Both the position numbers and the translations under genes were made by a program. A stretch of DNA of 64,000 bases from an uncultured Methanoregulaceae archaeon (GTDB lineage Archaea > Halobacteriota > Methanomicrobia > Methanomicrobiales > Methanospirillaceae), in assembly GCA_963717525.1 (NCBI GenBank), contig OY970343.1, positions 1,184,001-1,248,000 on the forward strand, read 5' to 3'. Under the pieces are notes generated by a model. The model ran no database searches, was not told where the DNA came from, and was given only the letters and a program-made list of their open reading frames with translations. Each line of letters starts with the position of its first letter. The first letter of the stretch is position 1. This document shows positions 1-12,073 of this stretch, piece by piece.

Positions 1-1292
1 CGTCTGGAGCGAGGAGAACCGGTTTTCCTGCGTTGTCGCGGTCGAAGCAGCGCTCGCGCAGGCGGAAGCAGCACAGGGTATGATCCCCCGGGATGCGGCA
101 GGGGAGATCGCAAAGAACGCATCCCGGGCATCGCTTGCCCGTGCAAAGGAGATCGAGGAAGAGATCAGCCACGACATGATGGCGATCGTAAAGGCGGTCT
201 CGGAGGTCTGCGGCGACTCGGGGCGGTGGGTGCATTACGGTGCCACCTCCAATGACATCCTCGATACGGCGACCGGGCTCCAGCTCGCCCAGGCTATGGA
301 TCTCATTGACGCAAAACTGCAAAATCTCCTCCGGGTATTGATACGAAGGGCGGAAGAGACGATCACGCTTGTTGCGGTGGGCCGGACGCACGGGCAGCAG
401 GGCGTCCCGACTACGTACGGCCTCAGGTTTGCCATCTGGGCAAGCGAAGTAGGCCGGCATATCGAACGCCTCGAACAGCTCCGTCCCCGGGTGGCGGTGG
501 GGCAGATGACCGGTGCGGTGGGGACGCAGGCTGCTCTCGGGCCAAAGGGCATGGAGGTACAGGCAGCGATGATGGAGATCCTGCACCTCTCCCCGGTGGA
601 TGTCTCAAACCAGGTCATCTCGCGGGACCGGTACGCAGAGTACTTCATGTTCCTTGCCAATGTCGCAACAACGCTCGATAAGATTGGTATTGAGATCCGT
701 TCCCTCCAGCGCACCGAGATCGGCGAGGTGGAGGAAGCCTTTGGCGCCCACCAGGTAGGCTCCTCCACGATGCCGCACAAACGCAATCCGATAAAATCCG
801 AGCAGGTCTGCGGCCTGGCCCGGATCGTGAGAGCATCAGTCGAACCCGCGCTCCTCAACAATACGCTCTGGGACGAGCGGGATCTCACCAACTCCTCCTG
901 CGAACGGGTACTCTTCCCCGAAGCATCCATCCTTACCGATCACTGTCTCCGGCTCATGACAACGGTTCTCGACAAGCTGGAGATCAACCGGGCGGCGATC
1001 AGGAGGAACCTCGGGTTTCTCCACGGCATCAATATGGCGGAATCCGTGATGATCGAGCTCACCCGGCGCGGCATGAACCGCCAGGATGCCCATGAAAGGG
1101 TGAGGATGGCAAGCATGCAGGCACTCGCCGAGAGCCGGCCGCTTGCGGATGTGCTCGGGGAAGATCCCGAAATAATACGGGTACTGTTCACGAAATGACC
1201 TTGGGACCCTTCTCGCGCCGGATGCCTATATTGGCACTTCAGTGGCACAGGTAAACCGGGTAATCGGAAAACTCTCGCCCCTCGTACGGTGA
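1..1292 (+). CDS. purB: adenylosuccinate lyase (5' partial; apparent +1 frameshift near 1180)
   Basis: Fumarase/ASL signature GSSTMPHKRNP plus HYGATSNDI and GRTHGQ. The ORF stops at 1198, but removing one G at about 1179-1181 gives a normal C-terminus YCSRNDLGTLLAPDAYIG...LVR* ending at 1292. Confidence 0.95.
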
Positions 1293-1530
1293 TTTTCTTA
1301 CCAGGGTCCCGGGGATTCCCTGGCCATTTTTCCTCCACCGGAAATATCCAGAACGGGGAAGAAGGATCCGGTGTGCACGATCTCCCTCATGAGTGGAGAG
1401 GGCATCATCCTCAGAGAGGACGAGAGAAGGAAAACCAGGCCAAAACAGTTTTTTACCGGATTTGTTTCACAGAGAGGGTAAAAACGATAATGACAGGTTT
1501 ATAGGGTGACAGGGTAAAACCAAGGTAATC

Positions 1531-3333
1531 ATGGAGCGGCACATCAGCATCCGGGGATACCGTGTATCTCATACGGATTTTGTCCGCTTCATCGTTATTG
1601 CCTCGCTTACCCTTTCCTCGATCCTGATAACGGCGATCGCTCTTGTCAGGAATGCTGAGGCCATTTATCCCCAGCTCTTCTATTTCCCCATCCTGTACGC
1701 GACCTATTTTTATCCCAAGCGCGGGATCATCCTCTCCGGCATCTGCGGTGTAGTCTATGAATGCCTTGTATACTTCTCGCTCTTCCCGGATACACTGGCC
1801 CTGTGGTCATCTACCGGCCAGGCAATACTCTTTATCTGCATCGCACTTGCCGTTGCCTATTTTACCAACATGATCCGGGTCTCTGAAGCCCGCTACCGCA
1901 GTATTTTTGAAAACTCCCTCCTTGGAGTTATCCTCTTTGATAAGAACCGGTTCACGATCCGTCTTGCCAACCAGCAGGTAGCAACAATGCTCGGCTATAC
2001 CGTTGAGGATTTCAGCCGTATGGCATTTTCAGACCTTTTTTTCTCGCGTGACCTCCAGCGTCAGTTTTTTGAACACCTTGGATCGGGGCAGAACATCAGG
2101 AATTTCGAGACCTGTTTTGCCACAAAGACCGGTGAGCCCCACTGGGTCAACCTTTCCTGGAGCCGTATCGACGATACTATCGTTAGCTGCTCGATCACCG
2201 ATATCAATGCGGAGAAACGTGCACGGGAGCTTGCGGCTGACAGTTCAACCCGGTACCAGCAGGTGACCGAGAACTCCCCCACCGGTATCGTGATCACGGA
2301 ACACACGAAAATTCTCTTTGCCAACCCGGCATTTTCCACATTCTCCGGGTACGGACCGGAAGAATGCATAGGCAGGGATATTGCCGAAAGCGTCCTTGAC
2401 GATGACAAGGACAGGTTCGGGACATTTGCGGGGCGGTGGGATATTCCGGCCCCGGTACCAGCTCGCTCGGAGTTCCGGTTTATCACAAAAAAAGGAGAGA
2501 TCCGGCGTGCGGTCCTCTACTTCACCCCAATCACCCGGAATAACCGGCCTGCAGGACTTGTTAATTTTGTTGACAATACCGAATGGGAAGAATACCGGGA
2601 GCGGATAGAACAGACCAAGGAACGGCGGCGCGAAATGATGCGGGCTGTTGCCCACGATCTCAGGACACCACTCCAGCCGGTGCTGGGATATCTCAACCTG
2701 CTCCTCCAGGACCCCCAGTCTTTCGGGATAACTGACGAGACCCGACAGATCCTTGAACGGTGCGCAAAAAGTGTGGACCAGGAGCGCCAGATTATCAACC
2801 AGATGCTGGAACTTTCAGTGCTCGAAGGGGAGGAAACCAGCCTTGACTATTCCGTCTTTTCCGTGGGGGGGATGGTCAACGCAGTAATAGCAGGCGGAGG
2901 ATATGCCCTCAAGGCAGAGATCGCGATCGATATCCCGGCGGACCTCCTCATTGAGGCAGATCGCCAGAAACTGTCCTACATTATCGATGTGCTGGTTGCA
3001 AACGGGGTGAGTTATTCCAAGCCGCCAAAAAAGATCTGGATTACCTACCGAGGCTCACCGTCTCACCCGTTCCACCGGCTTGCAATACAGGACAACGGCG
3101 TAGGTATCACCGAAGCCCAGCTCGACGCGATCTTCAAACCCGAAGAAGGGGGCAGCACAGAATCCTCCCGCCAGGGATTGGGAGGGTCCGGCTTATCGCT
3201 TGCCATTGCAAAGAAGTACGTCCAGCTGCACGGGGGGTATATCAGCGTGGACAGTACTGTGAACATCGGGAGCACGTTTACCATCCATATCCCGAAAAAA
3301 AGACCAGAAAAGGCTAATCACCATGATACGTAA
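1531..3333 (+). CDS. membrane-bound PAS/PAC sensor histidine kinase
   Basis: About 4 N-terminal hydrophobic helices, two PAS-like repeats, H-box AHDLRTPL, IQDNGVG and GLSLAIAK...HGG ATPase boxes. Confidence 0.9.
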   Translation: MERHISIRGYRVSHTDFVRFIVIASLTLSSILITAIALVRNAEAIYPQLFYFPILYATYFYPKRGIILSGICGVVYECLVYFSLFPDTLALWSSTGQAILFICIALAVAYFTNMIRVSEARYRSIFENSLLGVILFDKNRFTIRLANQQVATMLGYTVEDFSRMAFSDLFFSRDLQRQFFEHLGSGQNIRNFETCFATKTGEPHWVNLSWSRIDDTIVSCSITDINAEKRARELAADSSTRYQQVTENSPTGIVITEHTKILFANPAFSTFSGYGPEECIGRDIAESVLDDDKDRFGTFAGRWDIPAPVPARSEFRFITKKGEIRRAVLYFTPITRNNRPAGLVNFVDNTEWEEYRERIEQTKERRREMMRAVAHDLRTPLQPVLGYLNLLLQDPQSFGITDETRQILERCAKSVDQERQIINQMLELSVLEGEETSLDYSVFSVGGMVNAVIAGGGYALKAEIAIDIPADLLIEADRQKLSYIIDVLVANGVSYSKPPKKIWITYRGSPSHPFHRLAIQDNGVGITEAQLDAIFKPEEGGSTESSRQGLGGSGLSLAIAKKYVQLHGGYISVDSTVNIGSTFTIHIPKKRPEKANHHDT

Positions 3334-3688
3334 GATTGTTGTAATCGAGGACGATCAGCCGATCCTCGACCTGATGGGCATCCTGCTGAAGAAACTGGGA
3401 TATGAGCCGGTGCTTATCGCGAACGGGCTCGATGCACTGACCTCTGTACGGGCAGATCCTCCGGCCCTGATCCTGCTTGACATCATGATGTCGCCGCTCT
3501 CGGGTTGGGAATTCCTTGAACGCCTGCGGACGGAATATAACCTGCGGGAAATCCCTGTGATACTCTTTACTGCATCACCCACGGTTCCGGAAAGGATGAA
3601 ACAACTCAATGATCCCAGACTGGGAATTCTCCAGAAACCGGTCACCTTCGACGAACTCAGAACCGCGCTCGCCCAGTTTCTCGATTAG
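3323..3688 (+). CDS. single-domain response regulator (receiver)
   Basis: VIEDD, LLDIMM, FTA and KP receiver motifs; overlaps the kinase stop. Confidence 0.92.
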   Translation: MIRKIVVIEDDQPILDLMGILLKKLGYEPVLIANGLDALTSVRADPPALILLDIMMSPLSGWEFLERLRTEYNLREIPVILFTASPTVPERMKQLNDPRLGILQKPVTFDELRTALAQFLD

Positions 3689-3877
3689 CATTCCCGTGGA
3701 ACAGGGCACGGCCTTTTTTTCGACAAAGGCTCCCGAATCCTGCCTGGTGCGGGTTCTTTTGAATGAATAAAAGTCTGAGTGCAGACCAGCCGGCAGGCCG
3801 GGACATGCACTATTAATTATGTTGGAAAACGATGGGAATATGGGTGAGGATTTAACCCGGCTCTGCCGGAGGCAGCC

Positions 3878-6800
3878 ATGATCTCGGTCCTGTATGTTGA
3901 TGACGAATCAGCACTCCTTGAAGTAACAAAAGACTTTATGGAGAGAGGAGAGGGGTTTAAGGTTGACACGGCCATCTCGGCTCGCGAGGCCATAGAAAAA
4001 CTGAAGGCAGAACGGTACGATGCTCTGGTCGCAGATTACCTGATGCCGGAAATGGACGGCCTTGAACTCCTCAGGTATCTCCGCCCGCGCTGCAACGGGA
4101 TGCCTTTTATCCTTTTTACCGGGAAAGGCGGGGAGGAGGTGGCGATTGAAGCCCTCAATGCAGGCGCTGATTTCTATGTCCAGAAAAAGGGGTCACCCCG
4201 GACCCAGTTTGCGGAACTTGAGACAAAGATACGGTCGGCCGTCGCACGGCGGCAGAGCGAACTTGCGCTCCGAAGGTCAGAAGAGAATTTCCGGTCCCTC
4301 GTGGAAGGCCTCACGGACGTCATCTTTACCCTCAATGAAGAGGGAATAATCGCATATATAAATCCCGGTATACGCCGGTTCGGCCATGAACCCAAAGACC
4401 TGATCGGCAGGGACTTTGCCACGCTGGTCAGTGCGGAAGATATCCCGGCCGTCGCACGCCAGCTTGCCGATGTTAAACAGGGCTTGCCCGTATCGTTTGA
4501 GTTCAGGATGACCGATGCGAGCGGGCAGCCGCACAGTGTCCGGGCAGCCTGCAGCCCACGGACGGACCATGGACGGTTCATCGGCGGGCAGGGTCAGATC
4601 ACTGATGTCACTGAAACAAAAAACGATGATGACCAGGTGCACAGGCGCATGGATTTGCACCAGGTGCTTTTCAATCTCTCTCCCGACGTGATGCTGGTTA
4701 TCGACCCGGAAACCGGCCTTCCTGTTGAATGTAATGACGGGGCATGCCACCAGCTGGGCTATACCCGTGAAGAGTTTATGGGGTACAACCTGAAGGAGGG
4801 GGAGGTTGCAGATGTACCGCAGAAGATCCGGGAAATGATCCCGGAGATCCTGCAGAAAGGCCAGGCAACCTTCGAGACCCGGCACCGGACCAGAGACGGC
4901 GGGATCCGGGACATGGTTGTGACGGCACGTGTTTTCGACGATGGCACTACCAAGAAAATCGGGGCAATAGTCCATGATGCTACAGAAGAAAACGAGCAGA
5001 AGCGAATCATTTCAGGGCAGGTGCAGAGACTGCATGAGACCTTTGAACAGTCCCCTCTTGCCCAGTTGATCCTCTTTCCTGATGGCCATATAATCAGTGT
5101 TAACCGGGCAGGTGCGGATCTGCTGGGCTGCCCCGTGCACGATATGACGGGAAGATCTGTCGTCGAATTTATGGATAACGGCGAACATGCACGGTTCTCT
5201 GAAAGCCTTGGTGAACTCGCGCGATCCGGCAGTATCCACGCAACCCGGTTTTCCCTCGCTCCCAGGGATGGCAGGAAACCTGTAATCTCCCTTGATGGCA
5301 CGGTCGTCAAAGGTAGTAACGGAGAGATTTGCCAGCTGCTGGTCAGCCTCACCGATATCACCGGATGGGAGAGAGAAACAGCAGGCCTCAAGGAGCTCGC
5401 TACAACAACAGGAGCAGTTATCGCCGGAGCCCGTGAAGGGATATTTGTCTGCACCCCGGATCTGCGCATCACCGGCTGGAATCCTGCGATGGAAGATATC
5501 ACCGGTATTGCAGCACCGGACGCCCTGGGGCAGACTGCCGGCAGACCTGTTGCCGCCTCTCGGGGAAACGGGGGAGGACTCACCGGCGGCGCGTGCACTG
5601 GCCGGTGAGATCGTCGCCACTCCCGATTTCCGGTATGAGTATCCCGCAGCCGGGAAACGGGGATGGGCACGGGCGATATTCTCCCCGCTGCGTGATGCCT
5701 CCGGAAAGATTACGGGGATCATCGGGGTGGTGCAGGAAATAACCGCCCGCATAAAAACACTATTGAGGATAAAAGCGGCAAACCGGCTCTATGCCATCAG
5801 CGCACACGTCAGCGCCACTGCTTCTGTTGTCCACGAGCTGGAGGCGCTGCTTGCCGAAACCTGCCGGATAGCGGTTGACGGCGATACCGTATCGATGGCC
5901 TGGATAGGGCTTTTCGATCATGCGGCCGGCATCCTCCGTCCGGTGGCGCAGGCCGGCACCGGGGGGAATTACCAAAGGGGGGATACCCGATCAACGGTCC
6001 TGGTGAGGGCGGCGGGCTGGCCGGTGACGCGATTCGCACGGGAGCTCCCGCAATCTCCAGCGATACCGAAACTGATCCGGCCGCAGAGCCATGGAGGGAC
6101 GATGCACTCCGGGATGGGTACCGGTCGGAATCTGCCATACCCTTCCGGCTCAAGGGGGAGATCGTGGGCGTCCTGACCCTCTGTTCCGATGAACCATTCG
6201 CGTTTTCAGGAGAAGAGGCAGATGTACTCACGCTCCTCGGTTCCACGCTCTCTTCGGCGCTTGACCTCCTTGATAAAAAAACACTCCAGCGCCGGGCCGG
6301 AAAGGGGGCCACGGGAGCTGGGAGCGGACCCGGTTCTTGGCGGACGGGATCGAATCTGCTGCCGTCCCGTTTGCTGCAGTATATGCTGACGGGAGCACCG
6401 GGGCGGTGAACGCAGCTCTCTGTACTCTGCTCGGTTACACTGAGGATGAGGTGCTTTCACTCCCATTAACAAACCTCCTTGACCTGCCTGCACATGACGG
6501 GGACCGGTTCCAACAGGTACTTGCCACAAAAAAGCCGGACCGTTTCGAGAGCAGTATCAGGAAAAAGGACGGTACCTGCTCCCCCGCCGAACTATTCCTC
6601 CAGGCAATCACGGACGAGACCAGTGGCCAGCCCTGTGTTGGCGTTTTTATCACGGATATCTCCGACAGGAAACAGCGCACAGATCTGCTTGACCGTGAGC
6701 GATTGCAGTACCGCACGTTCTTTGAGACATGCAGCGCCGCTCTCATGATCACGACCCCTGAGGGAACCGTCCTTGCCGCAAATCCAGCGGCATGCCGGTT

Positions 6801-8808
6801 GTTTGGCCAGACGGTTGATGCATTGCGGTCAGCGGGTGGTGGCGGTCTTGCAGGTACCGGAGATCCCCGGTTTCTGGAACTCGTGCGGACGTGCGGTGAG
6901 GCGGGAAGCGCTGACGGTGAACTGCGGTTCATACGGGGAGATGGTACACCGGTTGATGCGATGGTATTCGCTACCCGATTCCCGGATCATGACGGCAGCC
7001 CTGCGTTGAACCTGGTGCTCTTGGATCTTACGGAATACAAAAAGGCCACAAAGGCACGGATACAGGAGCAGGATATGGCCGTGGCCATTCTCGACAGCCT
7101 GCCAAATCCCGTACGGAGATCCGATCCCAGCGGCGAGGCCATCTTTTTCAACAGGGCGTGGCTCGCGTTCACCGGGAGGGATAAGTCCGACGAAAAGGGG
7201 GATGGCTGGACAGAGGGGATCCATCCCGACGATTGGAACCGCTACCGGGAGGCTGTCAGGGAGAATGAGACGGGCCGGGGGACGGCCGGTGTAGAATACC
7301 GTCTCCGGTATAATTCCGGTGAATACCGGTGGATCCGGGAGTTCAGAATACCCGAACCTGCACCTGGCGGCACAGGAGCCGGGTTCATCCATTCCTGCTA
7401 CGACATCCATGAGTACCGGCAGGCTGTCGAGGCACTGGAAGAGGAAAAAACACAGTACCGGGCTATCATCGAGAGCACAGCAGATGCAACCCTTCTGGTA
7501 AGCGGGAAGGTTGCAGATTGCAACGAGGCGGCGACCCGGCTGTTTGCCTGTACCCGCGAGGATCTTATCGGGCACGGCCCGCTGGAGTATTCTCCCCGGT
7601 ACCAGCCGGATGGGAGGGTATCTGCCGATGCCGCGCGGGAGTACCTTGAGGCGGCCCGTGGAGGAACGCCGCAGGTGTTCGACTGGGTCAGTATGAAGGG
7701 TGATGGTACAATGTTCGAGACCAATATCACTCTGACCGCGCTGGACATCGACGGGGAACGGCGGGTACTCGCCGTTATTAAGGATGTGACGGAACAAAAC
7801 CGGGCTGAACGCGAGATCCAGAGGCTTGCTGCCTACCCGCAGATGAACCCGAACCCGGTCATTGAGGTCAGGCAGGACCGGACAATCACCTATGCCAATC
7901 CGGCCACTGCTGCGGTGCTCTCCTCGCTCGGCCTGCCGGATGATCCGGCTGCGTTTTTGCCGGCAGATTTTGATGAGATCGCAGGATCCGAAGATCCGGC
8001 ACAGCCGATGATGAAAGGGCGCGTGGTGCAGATCAAGGAGCGATCGTTCCACGAGTCGGTCTGCGCTGCCCCGGGGCATGCTCCCCTCAGGATCTACGCC
8101 TACGATATCACTGACCGGGTTCAGGCAATGGAAGCGCTCGCGTACGCCAATCACAAACTGGGCATCCTCACGAGTATCACCCGGCACGATATCCAGAACA
8201 AACTTACCGGGGTGATCGGGTACCTTGACCTGCTCCGGGTTTCCCTGCGTGATCCGCAGTTGATAGACTTCCTTGACAAGGCAGAATCTTCGGCTGACGC
8301 CATCCGGCACCACATCGATTTCACCAAGGATTATGAGTCTCTCGGGGGCACAGCCCCGGTCTGGCAGGAGATCGCTCCCATCCTTGCCGATATCAGGTCT
8401 CACTTTGACCTCGGAAAGGTTACCTTTGATGGCCCTGCTCCGGGTTTTACAGTCTTTGCCGACCCGATGTTTACCAAAGTACTGTACAACCTCTGCGACA
8501 ACTCGCTGCGCCATGGGGTGCATGTCCGGCATATACGGATTCACTGCGAGCCGAATGAATCCGGGTGCATGCTCATCTATAAGGACGATGGCATAGGAAT
8601 CCCGCAGGACAAGAAGGAACTGATCTTCGAACGCGGTTACACCACCTCGTCCGGCTCCGGAAAATCATCAGGCCTCGGCCTGTTCCTGGCCCGGGACATT
8701 CTCGCTATCTCCGGGATCGCAATAAAAGAGACCGGTGTACCCGGCGCAGGCTGCCGGTTCGAGATGTTTATCCCCCCCGGGAAGTGGAGGAGCAGGCCGG
8801 CAGAATAA
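3878..8808 (+). CDS. large hybrid sensor kinase REC-(PAS)n-GAF-(PAS)n-HisK/HATPase, about 1640 aa, split by three apparent frameshifts (about 5528, 5963, 6306)
   Basis: N-terminal receiver (YVDDE, DYLMPEMDG). PAS repeats and a GAF (MAWIGLFD...IPFRLKGEIVGVL) continue across frames at G runs. C-terminal TRHDIQNKL, NSLRHG, DDGIG and SGLGLFL. Confidence 0.85.
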
Positions 8809-8983
8809 CTGCGATGCACTTTGTGAGGAGTTCTGCGCAGAGACGCTGCAAATTCATCTGAGGGACATTACCTATTCTGTAAACAGATCTCCGGACTCGT
8901 ACGCTGACCCCACCTCACTTTTTTGGAACTGGTGGGAAACATCTTTTACCTCCTTTTCGGAAAAATCCTTGATGCATAACAAA

Positions 8984-9070
8984 GGGGGGAGCCCCTCACC
9001 TCCCTCACTTCATTTTTTGAACAGGGGGTCACCCCCTCCCCTTGTCTGCGTGAATGTGGGGGGTACCCCC
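8984..9070. repeat. three short G-run/C-run palindromes in a long intergenic region between convergent genes
   Basis: GGGGGGAGCCCC (8984), GGGGGTCACCCCC (9024-9036), GGGGGGTACCCCC (9058-9070). Confidence 0.5.
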
Positions 9071-9345
9071 ATGGGTTTTGGATGCCAGAAGACCGGGCAT
9101 TGAAAACGGGAGCCGGGCTGGCATCCGCACACTACACGAATCTGATCTTTATCAATCCCCTGCCCTTATGCCCCTTCGGGAGCGGCAGCTCGTATCGTTC
9201 GGGAGGGAACAGGAACACTCCAAAACTCATCATTGTGACATTCCTGACAGGACCCGGACAATCCGGTCTGGATCTACAAAAAAATTTTAAAAAATGCCTT
9301 CCCTTTCTATAATCCCTGCCGAAGGAAAAAGGAGAGGGGGAAAGA

Positions 9346-11190
9346 TCAGATATACCGTGCCTTTAAGGAGAGCTTGCGCGGGGTATAGAGCGGGCGGTAG
9401 GGTTTGCCTGCGGTCTCTTTCTTTATCAAGGCAGCAAGGGTATCTGCAGTCAGCTGCTCCTTGTGGGGCTTGTTTGGCTCGGATTTCCTGCGGATGGTAA
9501 CCGTGAGGTTTTTGCTTGCCATCTCATCGTCGCCGATGACGATCACGTACGGCACCCAGTCCATCCCGGCTTCCCGGATCTTCTTGCCCACGCTCTCATC
9601 CCGTTCATCAAGATCGCACCGAATGCTCTGTGCATTGAGGGCCTCGCAGATCTCCTGTGCGTACGCGGTATGGCGTTCGGCAACCGGTACAATACGAGCC
9701 TGGACCGGAGAGAGCCAGGTCGGCAGTGCCGGGACCTTCTGGGTGGAGATGTTCTCGAGGATCGCACAGATCACGCGTTCGACGCTGCCGGTCGGGGAGC
9801 AGTGGAGGATGGGGGGGTAGACCGGGGTGCCATCGTCTTTGAAGTACTTGATATTGAACCGTGTCGAGCTCTCGACATCGATCTGAACGGTCGGGTTCTC
9901 GATAGGGCGGTTTTGTCCGTCAATGGCTGCAAGGTCGATCTTTGCCTCCCAGTAGTGGACACGCTCGGAGAGGATCTCGATAAGCATCGGGCAGTCGGAT
10001 TCTTTCACGATCTTCCTGACCCACGCCTCGTTCTCTTCGTAGAACTTCCTGGTGCACCGGAATGCCGCGACGAGTTTTGTCTCGAAGTCCCGGCCGGTCT
10101 GCCAGCCGATGGCAAGCTGCTCTTCGAAGCACTTCATCGCCTCGGGCATGTCGGTACAGAGCGAGTGCATGTCGGGCATCGTAAACGCACGCAGGCGCTT
10201 TAAGCCGATCACTTCGCCTTTCTGCTCATGCCGGAAGGAGTAGGTGGAGAGCTCGTACATCTTCAGCGGAAGGGTGTTCTTCGAAATGTGCATGTCCCGC
10301 ATGATCGAGAACATGCCAAAACACGCAGCAAACCGGAGCATCATGTTCCGGTTGTTGCTCTTGAACCGGTACTGCCGCTCGCCGAACTTGTCTGCGTGCT
10401 CGGAGATTGCCTTGTCGCCAAGATCGTACATCACCGGGGTCTCAACCGGCGTCGCGCCGTAAGGGAGCAGGATGGCAAGGACGTAATCGCCAAGGAGATC
10501 ACGGATGAGCTTGCCCTTGGGCATCCAGCGCAGGCAGCCGACATCACTTGCCGGCTCGTAATCGACAAGCTCTTTTGAGCGCATCAGGCCCACATGGGCC
10601 GGTTCGCCACCGGTCGGCTCAGCAACACCCAGTTCCTTTTTGACGAGGCAGCCGAACGGGGTATCATCGAGATATTTGTGGTAGTCATGGGTCTTCCCGT
10701 CCGGGGTCATGACAAACCAGTCGTGGGTGGCTTCTTTCTTGCCCAGTTTCTTTGAGACAGCCTCTCCTTCCTCGCCGGGCACGATAGTTTTCGAGAGTTC
10801 CGAGAGTGGATGGCCCTTACAGGAGATCTTGAAGGACTTGTACCAGCCAAACGGTGCACGCTTCACGGCAAACCCTTCTGCGGTAAGGCCCTCTTTGAGG
10901 GCGTTCAGGGCCGGGACTGCCACTTCGGGCCGGGCAAGGTCGCTTGACAGGTGGGCATACGGGTAAATGACAATCTTGTCCGTGTGCACCTGACCGGCGG
11001 TCTTTTGTACCTCTTCGATGGCCTGGAGGATGACACCCTCCATATCCTCTTCGTCGACAGACTCAACTGCGGCAAAGACCGTGAGCGCGTCTTCCTCGCG
11101 GTCCGCGAGAACGGCTCCCTCCTCCGCCATCTTTGTCTTCTTTTTGGCTTCGTATTCGATGTAATCTGAATGTATCAGAAGAAGTCGCAT
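9346..11190 (-). CDS. thrS: threonyl-tRNA synthetase, archaeal type with N-terminal editing domain
   Basis: [16 protein letters not shown] and RAPFGWYK editing domain; [16 protein letters not shown] and [10 protein letters not shown]. Confidence 0.97.
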   Translation of the reverse strand: MRLLLIHSDYIEYEAKKKTKMAEEGAVLADREEDALTVFAAVESVDEEDMEGVILQAIEEVQKTAGQVHTDKIVIYPYAHLSSDLARPEVAVPALNALKEGLTAEGFAVKRAPFGWYKSFKISCKGHPLSELSKTIVPGEEGEAVSKKLGKKEATHDWFVMTPDGKTHDYHKYLDDTPFGCLVKKELGVAEPTGGEPAHVGLMRSKELVDYEPASDVGCLRWMPKGKLIRDLLGDYVLAILLPYGATPVETPVMYDLGDKAISEHADKFGERQYRFKSNNRNMMLRFAACFGMFSIMRDMHISKNTLPLKMYELSTYSFRHEQKGEVIGLKRLRAFTMPDMHSLCTDMPEAMKCFEEQLAIGWQTGRDFETKLVAAFRCTRKFYEENEAWVRKIVKESDCPMLIEILSERVHYWEAKIDLAAIDGQNRPIENPTVQIDVESSTRFNIKYFKDDGTPVYPPILHCSPTGSVERVICAILENISTQKVPALPTWLSPVQARIVPVAERHTAYAQEICEALNAQSIRCDLDERDESVGKKIREAGMDWVPYVIVIGDDEMASKNLTVTIRRKSEPNKPHKEQLTADTLAALIKKETAGKPYRPLYTPRKLSLKARYI

Positions 11191-11301
11191 TGCTTCATCT
11201 CCATTCCGGAACGGTTATTCGTATAAAATGGGTTCTTAAGATATATACCCTCATTGCCCCCGGCCGCCCGGCAGGTCCGGGGATTTTCCGGCACATAATC
11301 C

Positions 11302-11853
11302 TTATTTTTTATTCTCGTGGTACCGGGAGAGCGTAGCCTGCCGCTGGTCGAGATACTTGGCATCGGTTTTTTTGTCGTAGGGGTTCTCTGCCCGCTCGGT
11401 CGTATAGAAAACGAGCTGGCCGATCGGCATTCCTGCATAGACCCTGACCGGCCGTGCGTTCACGTTTGCCATCTCAAGCGTAATGGTGCCCCGGAAACCG
11501 GCATCGATCCAGCCACCGGTCTGGTGGAGAGTCACGCCGAGCCGGGCGATACTCGATTTTCCTTCGATGGTGGCAACGATGTTGTCAGGCAGGCCGATGC
11601 ACTCGAGGGTCTCAGCGAGCACGAACTGGCCCGGCATCAGATCGAAAGATTCAGCGTGCTTCTCGTCGACGCCAGAGGTTACGGTCGCCTTGTCGTACGG
11701 GTCAATGACCTGTTTGCCCGGCGTGTACCAGACAAAGTGGTTACCGAGCCGGATATCGATCGAGTTTGGCTGCACGAGGGTGGGATCGAAAGGATCAATC
11801 TTAATATGACCCCGGGCGATGCGGTCCCGGAGCTGCCAGTCCACGAGAATCAT
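11302..11853 (-). CDS. dcd: dCTP deaminase
   Basis: MILVDWQL start, [20 protein letters not shown] and [12 protein letters not shown]. Confidence 0.93.
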   Translation of the reverse strand: MILVDWQLRDRIARGHIKIDPFDPTLVQPNSIDIRLGNHFVWYTPGKQVIDPYDKATVTSGVDEKHAESFDLMPGQFVLAETLECIGLPDNIVATIEGKSSIARLGVTLHQTGGWIDAGFRGTITLEMANVNARPVRVYAGMPIGQLVFYTTERAENPYDKKTDAKYLDQRQATLSRYHENKK

Positions 11854-12073
11854 GGGATTACCCGTTGGTGTTGATTGTTCATAAGTGCTGCCGGGCATAT
11901 CTCCTGATCACCGGATTTCTGATGTTTTTATCTGTGAGACCACCCCTGTTTTCAAAGAAGTACGTCAATTATTCAGGTCCGTTCCCGGCGAATTTGTTTC
12001 AATGAGGGTCCGGGTTTATAAGTCACATTGATAATATGCCTGACCAACATACATAAACTGGGACAAACCACCG

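Noticed and set aside
6829..8544. Long antisense ORFs (also 30582..31814, 44397..45353, 49613..50602, 42310..43266)
   Set aside because: They are shadows of well-supported genes on the opposite strand in GC-rich DNA, with no recognisable motifs.
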